From NCBI GenBank assembly GCA_963823215.1, contig CAWGKT010000015.1, positions 152,013 to 216,012 on the forward strand: a DNA stretch of 64,000 nucleotides, in the 5' to 3' direction. The notes beneath the pieces were generated by a model, which saw only the letters and a list, made by a program, of their open reading frames with translations, was not told where the DNA came from and did no database searches. Below are positions 27,210 through 37,300 of this stretch, one piece after another. This DNA is from an uncultured beta proteobacterium (GTDB lineage: Bacteria; Pseudomonadota; Gammaproteobacteria; Burkholderiales; Casimicrobiaceae). A program made the position numbers and the translations under genes. Numbering within the stretch: position 1 is the stretch's first letter; each line of letters begins with the position of its first letter.

Positions 27210-27584
27210 ATGAACATCAAGCCCATCCGGACCCGAGCCGATCATCGCGCCGCGCTGAAAGCCATCGAAGCATTGATGGGGGCAAAACCGGGTACCTCCG
27301 ACGGCGAACGGCTCGATGTGCTGGTCACACTCGTCGAAGCTTACGAGCGCAAACACTATCCGCTCGACCTCCCCGACCCGGTCGACGCAATCAAGTTCGT
27401 CATGGACCAACGCGGGCTCACGGTCAAGGATCTGGAGCCGATGATCGGCCGTCCCAATCGCGTGTATGAAATTCTCAACCGCACCCGCCCCTTGACGCTG
27501 CCCATGATCCGACGACTGCACGCCCGACTGGGCATCCCCGCCGAATCACTGATCAAGCCTTCCGTCGACCGGAACGCGGCCTGA
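27210..27584 (+). CDS. higA: Antitoxin HigA (XRE-type HTH)
   Basis: MNIKPIRTRADHRAALKAIEALMGAKPGTSDGERLDVLVTLVEAYERKHYPL...LTVKDLEPMIGRPNRVYEILNRTRPLTLPMIRRLHARLGIPAESLI. Confidence 0.85.
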   Translation: MNIKPIRTRADHRAALKAIEALMGAKPGTSDGERLDVLVTLVEAYERKHYPLDLPDPVDAIKFVMDQRGLTVKDLEPMIGRPNRVYEILNRTRPLTLPMIRRLHARLGIPAESLIKPSVDRNAA

Positions 27585-27612
27585 CGTTCCGCCTGCGGGA
27601 TGATCGCGACCG

Positions 27613-29120
27613 ATGCTCTGGACCTGTCTTCTTCTGCCGTCGCTTGCCCCTCGACGTTTTCGCGCGGGCGGCCTCGCCTGCTGAGGCTTTGATGCCGTTC
27701 GCGGTGGGCAGCGGCGGGCGCACGCCGCGCATCGTCAGCGCGAACGCCGCCGCGCGCGCCGCCGGGATCCACCCGGGGCAACTCGTCTCGGCGTCGCTCG
27801 CGCTCGCGCCGGATCTCCTGCTGCGCGACCGCGACCCGGGTGCCGAGTCCGCTGCGCTCGCAGCCGTTGCCACCTGGGCGACCCAATTCACGCCGGCCAT
27901 CGCTCTCGCACCGCCCGATGCCGTGCTCGCGGAGATCGGCGGCAGCCTGCGGCTCTTCGGCGGTCTGCCGCAGTTGACGGCGCGCCTTGCCCGGGGCGTG
28001 CTCGACCTGGGCTATGCCGCGCGCTTCGCGCTCGCGCCCACATCGGCCGCGGCGTTGCTGTTCGCGCGCGCGGAAACGGCGGAGGGAAGCCGGCGCTCCG
28101 GGGAAAGCACGGGTCGGGCTCGATTTTTCCGGGACATCCGCGCTTCTTCCGCTGCCGCTCTCCCTTGCCGAGGCCGATCCCGCCGCCATCGCAACTCTCG
28201 CCGCTGCCGGCATCACGACCTTCGGGCAGGCGTGCGCGTTGCCGCGCGCTGCGCTGGCACGGCGCGTGGGCGAGGATTTCGTCGCCTTTCTCGATCGTGC
28301 GCGCGGCCTCATCCCGGACCTGCGACCGCCGTTCGTGCCACCGCCGCGCTATGCGGGAAAGCTCGATCTGCCGGCGCCGGTGACAAGCGTCGATGCGCTC
28401 GCGTTCGCGGTGAACCGGCTCGTGCTCGAGTTGGCGGGATGGCTCACGGGCCGCGGCCTCGGCGTGACCGAAATGTCGCTCGCGCTCGCGCACGAGCGTC
28501 ACGTCCGGGTCGCGACCGGCGTGCCCGCCACCACCGTCGGCTTCGCGCTCGCCGTGCCGGCGCGCGAGCCCGCGCATCTTGTCGCCGTGCTGCGCGAGCG
28601 GCTCGCGCGCATCGTGCTGCCGGCGCCGGTCGAGGCGATCACGCTCGCGAGCGAGGCGACCGCCCCTCTGGCCAGCCGCAACCTCGGACTGCTCCCCGGG
28701 GACGAGGCAGCCGCGACCATTCCGCTGCTCGACCGCCTGCGCGCACGGCTGGGCGAAGGCGCGGTGATGCTCGTCGCGCCGCACGCCGAGCACCGGCCCG
28801 AGCGCGCGTGGCGCGACGGGAAAATCGGGGACAGACCACGTTTTCCAGGAACAACGGAAGCCGCGAGCAAAACGTGCTCTGTCCCCCGCCCCGTCTGGCT
28901 GCTCGCCGAGCCGGAACCGCTCGGCCATCGGCTCGAAGCCCAACCGTGGGTGCTGCGCGACGGGCCGGAGCGGATCGAGTCGGGATGGTGGGACGGCGCC
29001 GACGTGCGCCGCGATTACTTCGTCGCCGAGAACCCGCGCGGCGAGACGGTGTGGATCTATCGCGATCACCGCTACGGGATCGATGACGGCGAATGGTTCC
29101 TGCACGGCGTATTCGGGTAA
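27613..29120 (+). pseudogene. imuB: ImuB (Y-family polymerase-like), two apparent frameshifts plus an in-frame 60-nt element insertion
   Basis: ATG 27613 gives MLWTCLLLPSL. The frame shifts at ~27645 to PLDVFARA...GIHPGQ...LAPTSAAALLFARAE, and again at ~28090-28150 to LPLPLSLAEADPAAIATLAAAGITTFGQACALPRAALARRVGEDF...RPVWLLAEPEPL. Length is 1508 nt (3n+2). Confidence 0.8.
28827..28886. repeat. Palindromic element copy 4 (60 bp) inside the imuB coding sequence
   Basis: GGGGACAGACCACGTTTT CCAGGAACAACGGAAGCCGCGAGC AAAACGTGCTCTGTCCCC. It starts on a codon boundary and encodes GDRPRFPGTTEAASKTCSVP (20 codons, no stop). Confidence 0.9.
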
Positions 29121-29131
29121 TGACAACAGGC

Positions 29132-29908
29132 TCAGATCCCGGCGAACCACTGATACCCCTGGTCCTCCCAGTAGCCGCCCTTGCCGCCCGCGATCCTGGC
29201 GAAGCTGTCGACCAGTTCGATCGCATCACGTACTTCGCGTGCTTGTAGCCCAGCTGCCGCTCGACGCGCAAACGAATCGGCGCCCCGTTGGCGATCGGCA
29301 GCACGGCGTCGTTCATCTCGTAGGCAAGGATCGTCTGCGGATGGAACGCATCCTCGAGATCGATGCTTTCGTAGTAGAGGCTGGTGCCGTCCGTCCTCCA
29401 TCGGATCGGCGCAGTGGAACACGACGAACCGCGCTTCAGGCGTCGGGCCGCACCGCCTCGAGCAGCGCGGCGAGCCGCGCGCCCTTCCACTTCGCGATGG
29501 CGCTCCAGCCTTCGACGCAATCGTGCCGCGTGATCTGCGTGCGGCTCGGCAGCGCGCGAAGGTCCGCCAGCGAAAGGCTCGCCGGCTGCGCGACCAGGCC
29601 GCCGACTTCGAGCCGGTACGTCGGCAAAGCCGTTCGCGGCGAGCATCCGGTACGCATCGCTGTCCGGCTCGGCGGTTCCATTGCTGCGAAAGCTCGGCGA
29701 GCGATCGGCGTCGGTGAACTCCTGCGCCATCGACTTGCGCGAGGTGACGGCGTGCGCCACCGCGCGAGCTGAGCTTCTCGCCGGCGCCGAGGACCTTCGG
29801 AAACCAGTCGCTGTTGGACAGCCGCTCGCAGCCGGCGACCAGCAGCGCTCCCGCCGCGCCGATCACGCGGGAGAGAAAGCGCCGCCGTGCGTCATGCGTC
29901 GTGTTCAT
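29132..29908 (-). pseudogene. Molybdopterin-dependent oxidoreductase (sulfite-oxidase fold, MsrP/YedY-like), about 5 frame changes
   Basis: A Tat signal RRRFLSRVIGAAGALLVAGC, then family segments spread over three frames: FRSNGTAEP / YRLEVGGLVAQPASLSLADLRALPSRTQITRHDCVEGWSAIAKWKG / ARFVVFHCAD / LYYESIDLEDAFHPQTILAYEMNDAVLPIANGAPIRLRVERQLGYKHAKYV / IELVDSF...GGYWEDQGYQWFAGI. Confidence 0.7.
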
Positions 29909-30757
29909 GGCCTGCCTCCGTCCGAATGCGATACCGGCCCGTGATCATCGAGCGCAGATGGTTCCAGAAGCCCGACACGATCACTTCGAACACGTGGATC
30001 AGCACGAACGCGACGAGCAGCCAGGCCGACGACGAAATGCATCGTCCGCGCCGCCTGCCGGCCGCCGAAGAGATCGACCCAGCCCGGCAGAACGCGAATC
30101 CATCCACGGCGACATCGCGACGCCCATCAGGATGATGAGCGGCAGCAGACAGGAAGATGACCGTGAGATACGCGATCTTCTGCAGCACGTTGTAGCGCCT
30201 GGCCGCCTCGCCGGTCGGATGGCGGAAGCGCAGGTGATCCCGGATCGACGCTGCCGATCGAGCGCCAGTCGCTCCGGTCCGGAGCGAGGTCGCGCGCGAG
30301 ATGCCGGCTCGCCGTCGAATAGGCGACGTAGGCCAGGCCGTTGATCAGCAGCACCCAGGCGAAGAAGAAGTGCCACGAACGCGCCATCGACAGCCACGGG
30401 TTGTTCGGAATCGTCGATCCACCACGGAAAGGCCCGCGCCGCAGGCTGGCCATCGGCAGTCTTCGACACGCCGAGCACGCCTGTCGTGACGAATTCGCGA
30501 CCGAAGACGCGCGTGGTGCCGACCGCCCCGGCTTCGCCGCTTTGCCGGGCGCCGATTTCCAGCACCGGCGGCGCGCCCGTGTACGACGACTTGCCCGCCC
30601 AGTACAGGCGCGGGTGCGCATTGAAGATCTGCAAGCCGCTCATCAGCAGGATCGTCAGCGCGACCACATTCGTCCAGTGCATCAGGCGCACGGGCAGCGA
30701 GTGGCGAAAGTACAGGTAATCCCGCGGACCCGCGCGGCCGGCGTCGGCGTGCGGCAT
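29892..30757 (-). pseudogene. Cytochrome b561-type membrane partner (PF01292-like), about 5 frame changes
   Basis: Segments RHSLPVRLMHWTNVVALTILLMSGLQIFNAHPRLYW / WLSMARSWHFFFAWVLLINGLAYV / IRDHLRFRHPTGEAARRYNVLQKIAYLTVIFL / LLPLIILMGVAMSPWMDS / VDLFGGRQAARTMHF / WLLVAFVLIHVFEVIVSGFWNHLRSMITG alternate between the three frames. Confidence 0.65.
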
Positions 30758-30908
30758 GGCCTGCTCTCCGATCAGGTGATGGCGTTGGTCGCGCATCGCG
30801 GCCCCGCCTTACAGCGACAGCCTGCTCAGGAACGCCGCGATCCCGACGACGATAGTGTAGTCGCGACCCAGACGGTTCGCGTCGGCGTTGTTGATGGCGC
30901 GGCCCGCC

Positions 30909-32437
30909 TCAGGGCGCAAATTCGAATGCCGCGGTGAGGTCGCCGGCGTCGGCACGCACGCCGGGCAGCGGCTCGAGCCCGAAGCGGCGGGTGATGAATT
31001 TGATGATCGACGTCGTGTCGTAGCTCGTGTGGTCGACGTGGCCACGCTTCGCGAACGGGGACACGATGATCGCCGGAATGCGCGTGCCCGGGCCCCAGCG
31101 ATCGCCCTTGGGCGGCGCGACATGGTCCCAGAAGCCGCCGTTCTCGTCATAGGTGACGATGACCGCCGACTTCGACCACAGCGGGCTCGCCCTGATCTTC
31201 GCGATCAGCGCCGCTATGTGCGTGTCGCCGGAGAGCACGTCGGTGTAGCTCGGGTGCTCGTTCAGGGAGCCCTGCGGCTTGTAGAACGCGACCTGCGGCA
31301 AGTCGCCCCGATCGATGCCCGCGACGAGGTCGGCGTAGTCCTTGAGGTGCCGTTCGCGATCCGCGGTTCCCGGCGCGAAACGCGCGAAGTAGTTGAACGG
31401 ATGGTGGTGCGGCTGGAAGTTGATCGAGCCGGGTTCCCGGTTGTTGATGACCGTGCGCTTCGCGTCGGGCGGCTGCATCGCGTCGGCGAGCGCCGCGTTC
31501 CATCCGCCCGCGTACCACGCCCACGATATCCCCTTGGCCGAGAGCGTGTCGCCGATGGTCTTCGTCGTCTGCGGCGGCAGCGTGTACTTCGACGGATCGC
31601 GCGAGCGCAGGTCGCCACCCGGCGCCGGCGGCACGGCCGAGGGCTGATACGGCGCGCTAACCCGAGTTGACGACGTAGCCATCGGGCGTGACGCTGCCGT
31701 CGAACAGCAGCAGATTGCCGTCGCGCGCGGAGGCGGGCGAGCCCGGACGGCGCTTCAGCCAGCCGCGCTCGTCGACCTGCGCGCGCAGGCTGGCCGGCGC
31801 GTGCTTCGTCGCGCGGCGTGCAGGCGCAGATCAGCCACTGGTGATTGATGAAGGAATCGCCGTGGGCCGCCATGAAGAAGTTGTCGGCGAGCACGAAGTC
31901 GCGCGCCCATTGCCACATCGGCAGCTTCGAGCCGTCGTAGTACGCCATCACGAAGCCGCCGGCGTCGGACATCGCGGCGAAGCGATCGTTGCGCCCGCCG
32001 TTGATCTGCTCGATGTTCTGGTAGTACCGGTGGACCGCGCCGCGCACGCGCTGCGACAGCGGCAGGTCGAACGGCGGCGCGTCGAGGCGGAACGGCCGGT
32101 TCGGCAAGCGGTGGGGAAACGCCGGGTCGGGGTCCTTGCCCCGCCATGCGGGCGGCAGCTCGGCGAGCGGCGTGCCGTCGCGGTCGACCTGCGTGTACTG
32201 GGCCGGGGTTGCCTGGGCAATGCCGTTCGCGCCGGGGAACAGTCCGTAGAGATGGTCGAAGCTGCGGTTCTCGGCGTAGATGACGATGATGTGCTCGATG
32301 CTCGCGAGCCGCCCCTTCGGTCCCGGTGTCTGCGCCGCGCCACCGGTGGCCGCGAGTGCGGCCGCCGCGACGACCAGCAGGCGCGCGGCCAATCGCCGAA
32401 GGATCCAGGACGACGTCCCTGCACTCGCCTGCGCCAA
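30909..32437 (-). pseudogene. Phosphoesterase-family protein (AcpA acid phosphatase / phospholipase C type), about 2 frameshifts
   Basis: IVIYAENRSFDHLYG...FINHQWLICACTP, then a shift (~31790) to VDERGWLKRRPGSPASARDGNLLLFDGSVTPDGYVVN, then a shift (~31675) to APYQPS...FNYFARF...AVIVTYDENGGFWDHVAPP...GPGTRIPAIIVSPFAKRGHVDH. Confidence 0.7.
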
Positions 32438-32470
32438 AGATCGTCGCCACGGTCGCTCCCGGTGTGACGA

Positions 32471-34157
32471 TCAGTCCAGCGTCACCACGGCCCGCACGGT
32501 TCCTGCCCGCTCGTGCCGCGCGACGAGGTCGATCCGATCGCCCTGCCGTCCCCGCACGACCCATTCGATCTTCGCGCGATCGTCGGTCACGTTGTAGTCG
32601 GGCCAGAACGACACGCCGGTGTGCTTCGACCACTTGCCTTCGAGCTGGCCCAGGTCCTCGCGCCGCTTGCCGTGGACGAGTTCCGCCCCCGCCGGCAGCG
32701 CGATCTCGGCGATGACCCCGCGCACGACCTTGCGCTCCAGCGCCCGCTTCGACACGTAGCTCGGCAGCCAGCCGGTGTTCTGGACGACGAGGCGCACCCG
32801 CCAATGGTCGTCGCCCAGCACGTCAGCTTCGGCGGCGACGAGCTCCATCTTGGGCGAGGTCAGCGCCTGCCACAGCAGCCACTTCGGGAAGCGGGCCAGC
32901 TCTTGCTCGAGAAAGGCCGGCGGCGGATTGCCGAACGCGTGAAAGCGGTTCCAGCCGCCGATTTCGATGCGTCCGAGCTGCGGGTGATCGAACGATCGCC
33001 ACGCAATGTGGGCGACACCGGCGAGCTTGTCGACGTTCCACCGGTAGACCTTGAGGTCGTCCTCGATCGGGTGGTCGCGGAACCAGTCGATGTACTTGTA
33101 GTTCGTGATGCCGGCTTCCCGCATCGGGCTCCAGATCTCGACCACCCAGCTGAACATGCCGAGGTGCTCGTAGATCCAGTCGAACGCGCCGCCGATCACA
33201 TCCTTCGGGTGGTAGCGGAATTCCTCGTAGACGGAGATCGCCGGATAGCCGGTTAGTTCGGTGCCCTTGGCGCCCACCCGACGGTAGTGCCAGAGGTCCT
33301 CGGCGTGCATCTCGTCGTCGGAGAGATGGTCGAACGGACGCAGCAGCACGCCGCTCCACGTGTGGAAGGCAACGCCCCCGGTGATGTTCGGATGGTCGAC
33401 GACGAACTGCGCGACCGCACGCACTTCCGGTTCCGACGTGGGATACGGTCCGCTTCCGAGCTGCTCGAACTCCTGGCGCCAGTTTGCAGGAAAATTTCTA
33501 TTTAGATCAAGCCCCTGCTTATTCTTCTTCACGCGCAACGTGAAGCCATCCCAACCCTCCACCGTGCCCTCGGGAAGGATCCGGTAGTAGTTGCCGCCGG
33601 TTTCCACGGGATCGCGACGGACCATCAGCCCCGGTTGCTCGGGGTGGTCCTTCCAGAGCCCGTTGGGGTCGGGGATGCGCATCTGCAGGATCCGGCCGTC
33701 GCCATCGATGTCCTCGACGGTGAGCCCGTCGATCTCCTCTTCGTCCCACGGATACGGACGGGTGCTCGAGCGGACCCATTTCGGCCTGTCGGCGAGCGCC
33801 CATTCGGCGCCGTCCGGGTTGATCCGCGGACAGACGTAGAACGCCCGGGTGTCGAGGGCCCGGGTCACGTCGGGATCCTTGCCGTATTGCGTGACCAGCG
33901 TCTGCAGGAAATAGAGATTGGCCGCCGATGCCGCGACTTCGGTCGCGTGGATGTTGCCGTCCACCCAGAACGCCGGTTTCTCTGCCGCCGGTCCCGTGTT
34001 CACGTTGGTGACGGTCAGCACCCAGATGTCGCGGCCCTCGTGGCTCTTGCCGATCGATTCGATCGACACGAGGCTGCGGATGCTCGGCGGCGAATGCCTG
34101 GAGGATCGCGGTGAGCTCGGCGTAGCGGTAGAAGCGGTCGAAGGCGATGGTCGGCAT
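32471..34157 (-). pseudogene. M14-family zinc carboxypeptidase, one apparent frameshift near the N-terminus (~34075)
   Basis: MPTIAFDRFYRYAELTAILQAFAAEHP, then a shift to LVSIESIGKSHEGRDIWVLTV...VDGNIHATEV (HxxE)...DLNRNFP...GGVAFHTWSG. Length is 1687 nt (3n+1). Confidence 0.75.
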
Positions 34158-34292
34158 GGTATGGCTTTCCCGTTCTGGGCAGGGCACGAAGGCCGCGACG
34201 CTGGCAGAGCCGGCATCTTACCGGCCTTCGCCGAACGACGGCCGGCGGGCACGGAAACCCTCCCCCGCCGCCTCTTCCCCGGCATGGCCATA

Positions 34293-34312
34293 TACCGTAT
34301 ATTCATACGGTG
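34293..34312. promoter_or_regulatory. Second candidate LexA operator, overlapping the dnaE2 start codon
   Basis: TACCGTATATTCATACGGTG. Its last three bases are the GTG start of dnaE2. Confidence 0.55.
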
Positions 34313-37300
34313 CTTCCCGACTACGCCGAACTGCACTGCCTGTCGAATTTCTCGTTCCTCCGCGGCGCGTCGCACCCGGAGGAACTGGTCGAGCGCGCGA
34401 GTGCGCAGGGCTACGCGGCGCTGGCGATCACCGACGAGTGCTCGTTCTCGGGCATCGTTCGCGCGCATCTCGCGGCGAAGCACGCGGGCCTTCCGCTGGT
34501 CATCGGCAGCGAGGTCGCGATCAATGACGGAGTGAAGCTCGTGCTGCTCGCCACCGACCGCGCGAGCTACGGCAACCTCGCGCAACTGATCACGCGCGGG
34601 CGGCGCAACGCGGTGAAGGGCAGCTACGCGCTGTCGCGCGACGACGTCGCGACGTTCGCGGACGGGCTCCTCGCGCTGTGGGTGCCGCCGGAACTGTCAG
34701 CAAAAGGGGCGCTCTGGGTCGCCGCGACCTTTCCGGGTCGCGCGTGGATTGCCGTCGAGCTCTTCGCCCACGCCGGCGACCGCGCCCGGCTTGCGCACTG
34801 CGCGGCGCTGGCGCGGCAGACAGGCCTGCCGCAGGTCGCCGCCGGCGACGTTCACATGCACGTGCGCGCCCGGCGCGCGCTGCAGGACACGGTCACGGCG
34901 ATCCGCGTGAAAAAGCCGCTCGCCGAATGCGGCTACGCGCTTCATCCCAATGGCGAGCGGCACCTGCGTTCGCGCGCGCGGCTTGCGACGATCTATCCGC
35001 CCGAGCTGCTCGCCGAGACCATCACGATTGCGCAGCGCTGCGCGTTCTCGCTCGACGAATTGCGTTACGAGTACCCGGAGGAGATCGTGCCGGAGGGGCA
35101 AACACCGGCATCGCATCTGCGTGCGCTGGTCGAAGCGGGATTGGCGAGGCGGTATCGGGGACAGACCACGTTTTCCGCGGAACTGACCGTGGCTTTGGGC
35201 GGAGGCGTAGTGGAAAACGTGGTCTGTCCCCGATTTCCGATCTGCCCCCCGATGTCCGCGCACTGGTCGAGCACGAGCTCGCGCTGATCGCGGAATTGAA
35301 GTACGAACCGTATTTTCTCACCGTCCACGACATCGTCGCCTTCGCCCGCGCGCAGGGCATCCTCTGCCAGGGCCGCGGCTCCGCGGCCAACTCGGCAGTC
35401 TGCTACGCGCTCGGGATCACCGAGGTCGATCCGGCGCGGATGAGCATGCTGTTCGAGCGCTTCATCTCGAAGGAGCGCAACGAGCCGCCGGACATCGACG
35501 TCGACTTCGAGCACCAGCGGCGCGAGGAAGTCATCCAGTACATCTACGCGAAATACGGCCGCGACCGCGCGGCGCTCGCCGCGACGCTCATCACCTACCG
35601 GCCGAAGAGCGCCGTGCGCGATGTCGGCCGGGCGCTGGGTCTCGACCTCGCGCAGATCGATCGGCTTGCCGGCATGTTCGCCTGGTGGGACGGCCGCGAG
35701 GTCAGGCCCGAGCGTGTCCGCGAGGCGGGGTTCGAGCCCGACAACCCGGTGTTCGTCCGCCTCGTCACGCTGACGGGCGAGCTGATGGGCTTCCCGCGCC
35801 ACCTGTCGCAGCACGTCGGCGGCTTCGTCATCGCGCGCGATCTGCTCGAGCGGATGGTCCCGATCGAGAACGCGGCGATGGCGGAGCGCACCGTCCTCCA
35901 GTGGGACAAGGATGACCTCGACGCGCTGGGCCTGCTCAAGGTCGATTGCCTCGCGCTCGGCATGCTGTCGGCGATCAGGCGCTGCCTCGACATGGTGTCG
36001 CGGAAAATGGCGGCAAACTCCAATTGCGAACGCGATTGGGGTCTGACCCCATTTTCCATGCAGGACATTCCGGCCGAAGACCCGGAGGTCTACGCGATGT
36101 GCCAGCGCGCCGACACCGTCGGCGTGTTCCAGATCGAGTCGCGCGCGCAGCAGGCGATGCTGCCGCGATTGAAGCCCGCGTGCTTCTACGATCTCGTGAT
36201 CGAGGTCGCCATCGTGCGCCCCGGCCCGATCCAGGGCGGGATGGTGCACCCGTACCTGCGCCGCCGGCAGGGCCTCGAACCCGTCACCTATCCCAGCGCC
36301 GCGGTGCAGAGCGTGCTCGCGCGCACGCTCGGCGTGCCGATCTTCCAGGAGCAGGTGATGCAGCTCGCGATCGTCGCGGCGGGCTTTACGCCGGGCGACG
36401 CGGACCACCTGCGGCGCTCGATGGCCGCCTGGCGGCGCAAGGGCGGCCTCGAGAAGTTCGAGCAGCGGCTGATCGACGGCATGGGCGCGCGCGGCTACGC
36501 CGAGGCGTTCGCGCGGCAGATCTACCAGCAGATCCTGGGCTTCGGCGAGTACGGCTTTCCGGAATCGCACTCGGCTTCCTTCGCCCTGCTCGTCTACGTG
36601 TCGGCGTGGCTGAAGCGCTACGAGCCCGCGGCGTTCTGCGGCGCGCTGCTCAACTCGCTGCCGATGGGCTTCTACGGGCCTTCGCAGCTGGTGCAGGATG
36701 CGCGCCGGCATGGCGTCGAGGTGCACCCCGCGGACGTGACGGTGAGCGAATGGGACTGCACGTTGGAGCACCCGGGGTTGCGCCTCGGTCTTCGCCTCGT
36801 CTCCGGACTCGCAGAGGCTGCTGCGCAAAGGATCGTCGACGCGCGGCGGACAGAGCCGTTCGCGAGTGTGGCCGATCTCGCGTACCGCGCGCGGCTCGAC
36901 CGCCGCGACCTCGCCTGTCTTGCCGAGGCCGACGCGCTGACAGCACTCGCCGGCCATCGGCACGGCGCGGCGTGGGAGGTCGCCGGGATCGAGCGGCTGC
37001 CGGCATTGCTCGCCGGCAGCGTTTTCGACGAAGCGGATCCCGCCTTGCCGCCGCCGACCGAAGGACAGGACATCGTCGCCGACTACCGCACCCTGTCGCT
37101 CACGTTGCGGCGACACCCGCTGGCCCTCTTGCGCGGCAGGCTGCAACGGCGGCGGCTCGCCACGGCGGCCGAGATCGGTGAGGCGCCGCAGGGCCGGATC
37201 GTCCGCACGGCCGGGATCGTCATCGGCCGGCAGCGGCCCGACACCGCAAGTGGCGTGGTCTTTGTCACGCTCGAAGACGAAACCGGCGCCACCAACGTGA

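Noticed and set aside
23969-35231. Considered whether the elements themselves are LexA operators, since they contain ACAG ... CTGT.
   Set aside because: The ACAG and CTGT are ~50 nt apart and in the wrong order for CTGT-N8-ACAG. A much better operator candidate, similar to the E. coli box, exists at 23940 and 34293.
36002-36058. A segment inside dnaE2 faintly resembles the element: GGAAAATGG...GGGGTCTGACCCCATTTTCC, with a 9-bp inverted repeat GGAAAATGG/CCATTTTCC. It is 57 nt long and in frame.
   Set aside because: Only the inner TTTTCC part and a loose GGGG.C.GACC match. The arms are arranged opposite to the real copies, and the encoded residues fall in a region that is variable in DnaE2 anyway. 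It could be an ancient degenerate copy, but that cannot be supported by eye.
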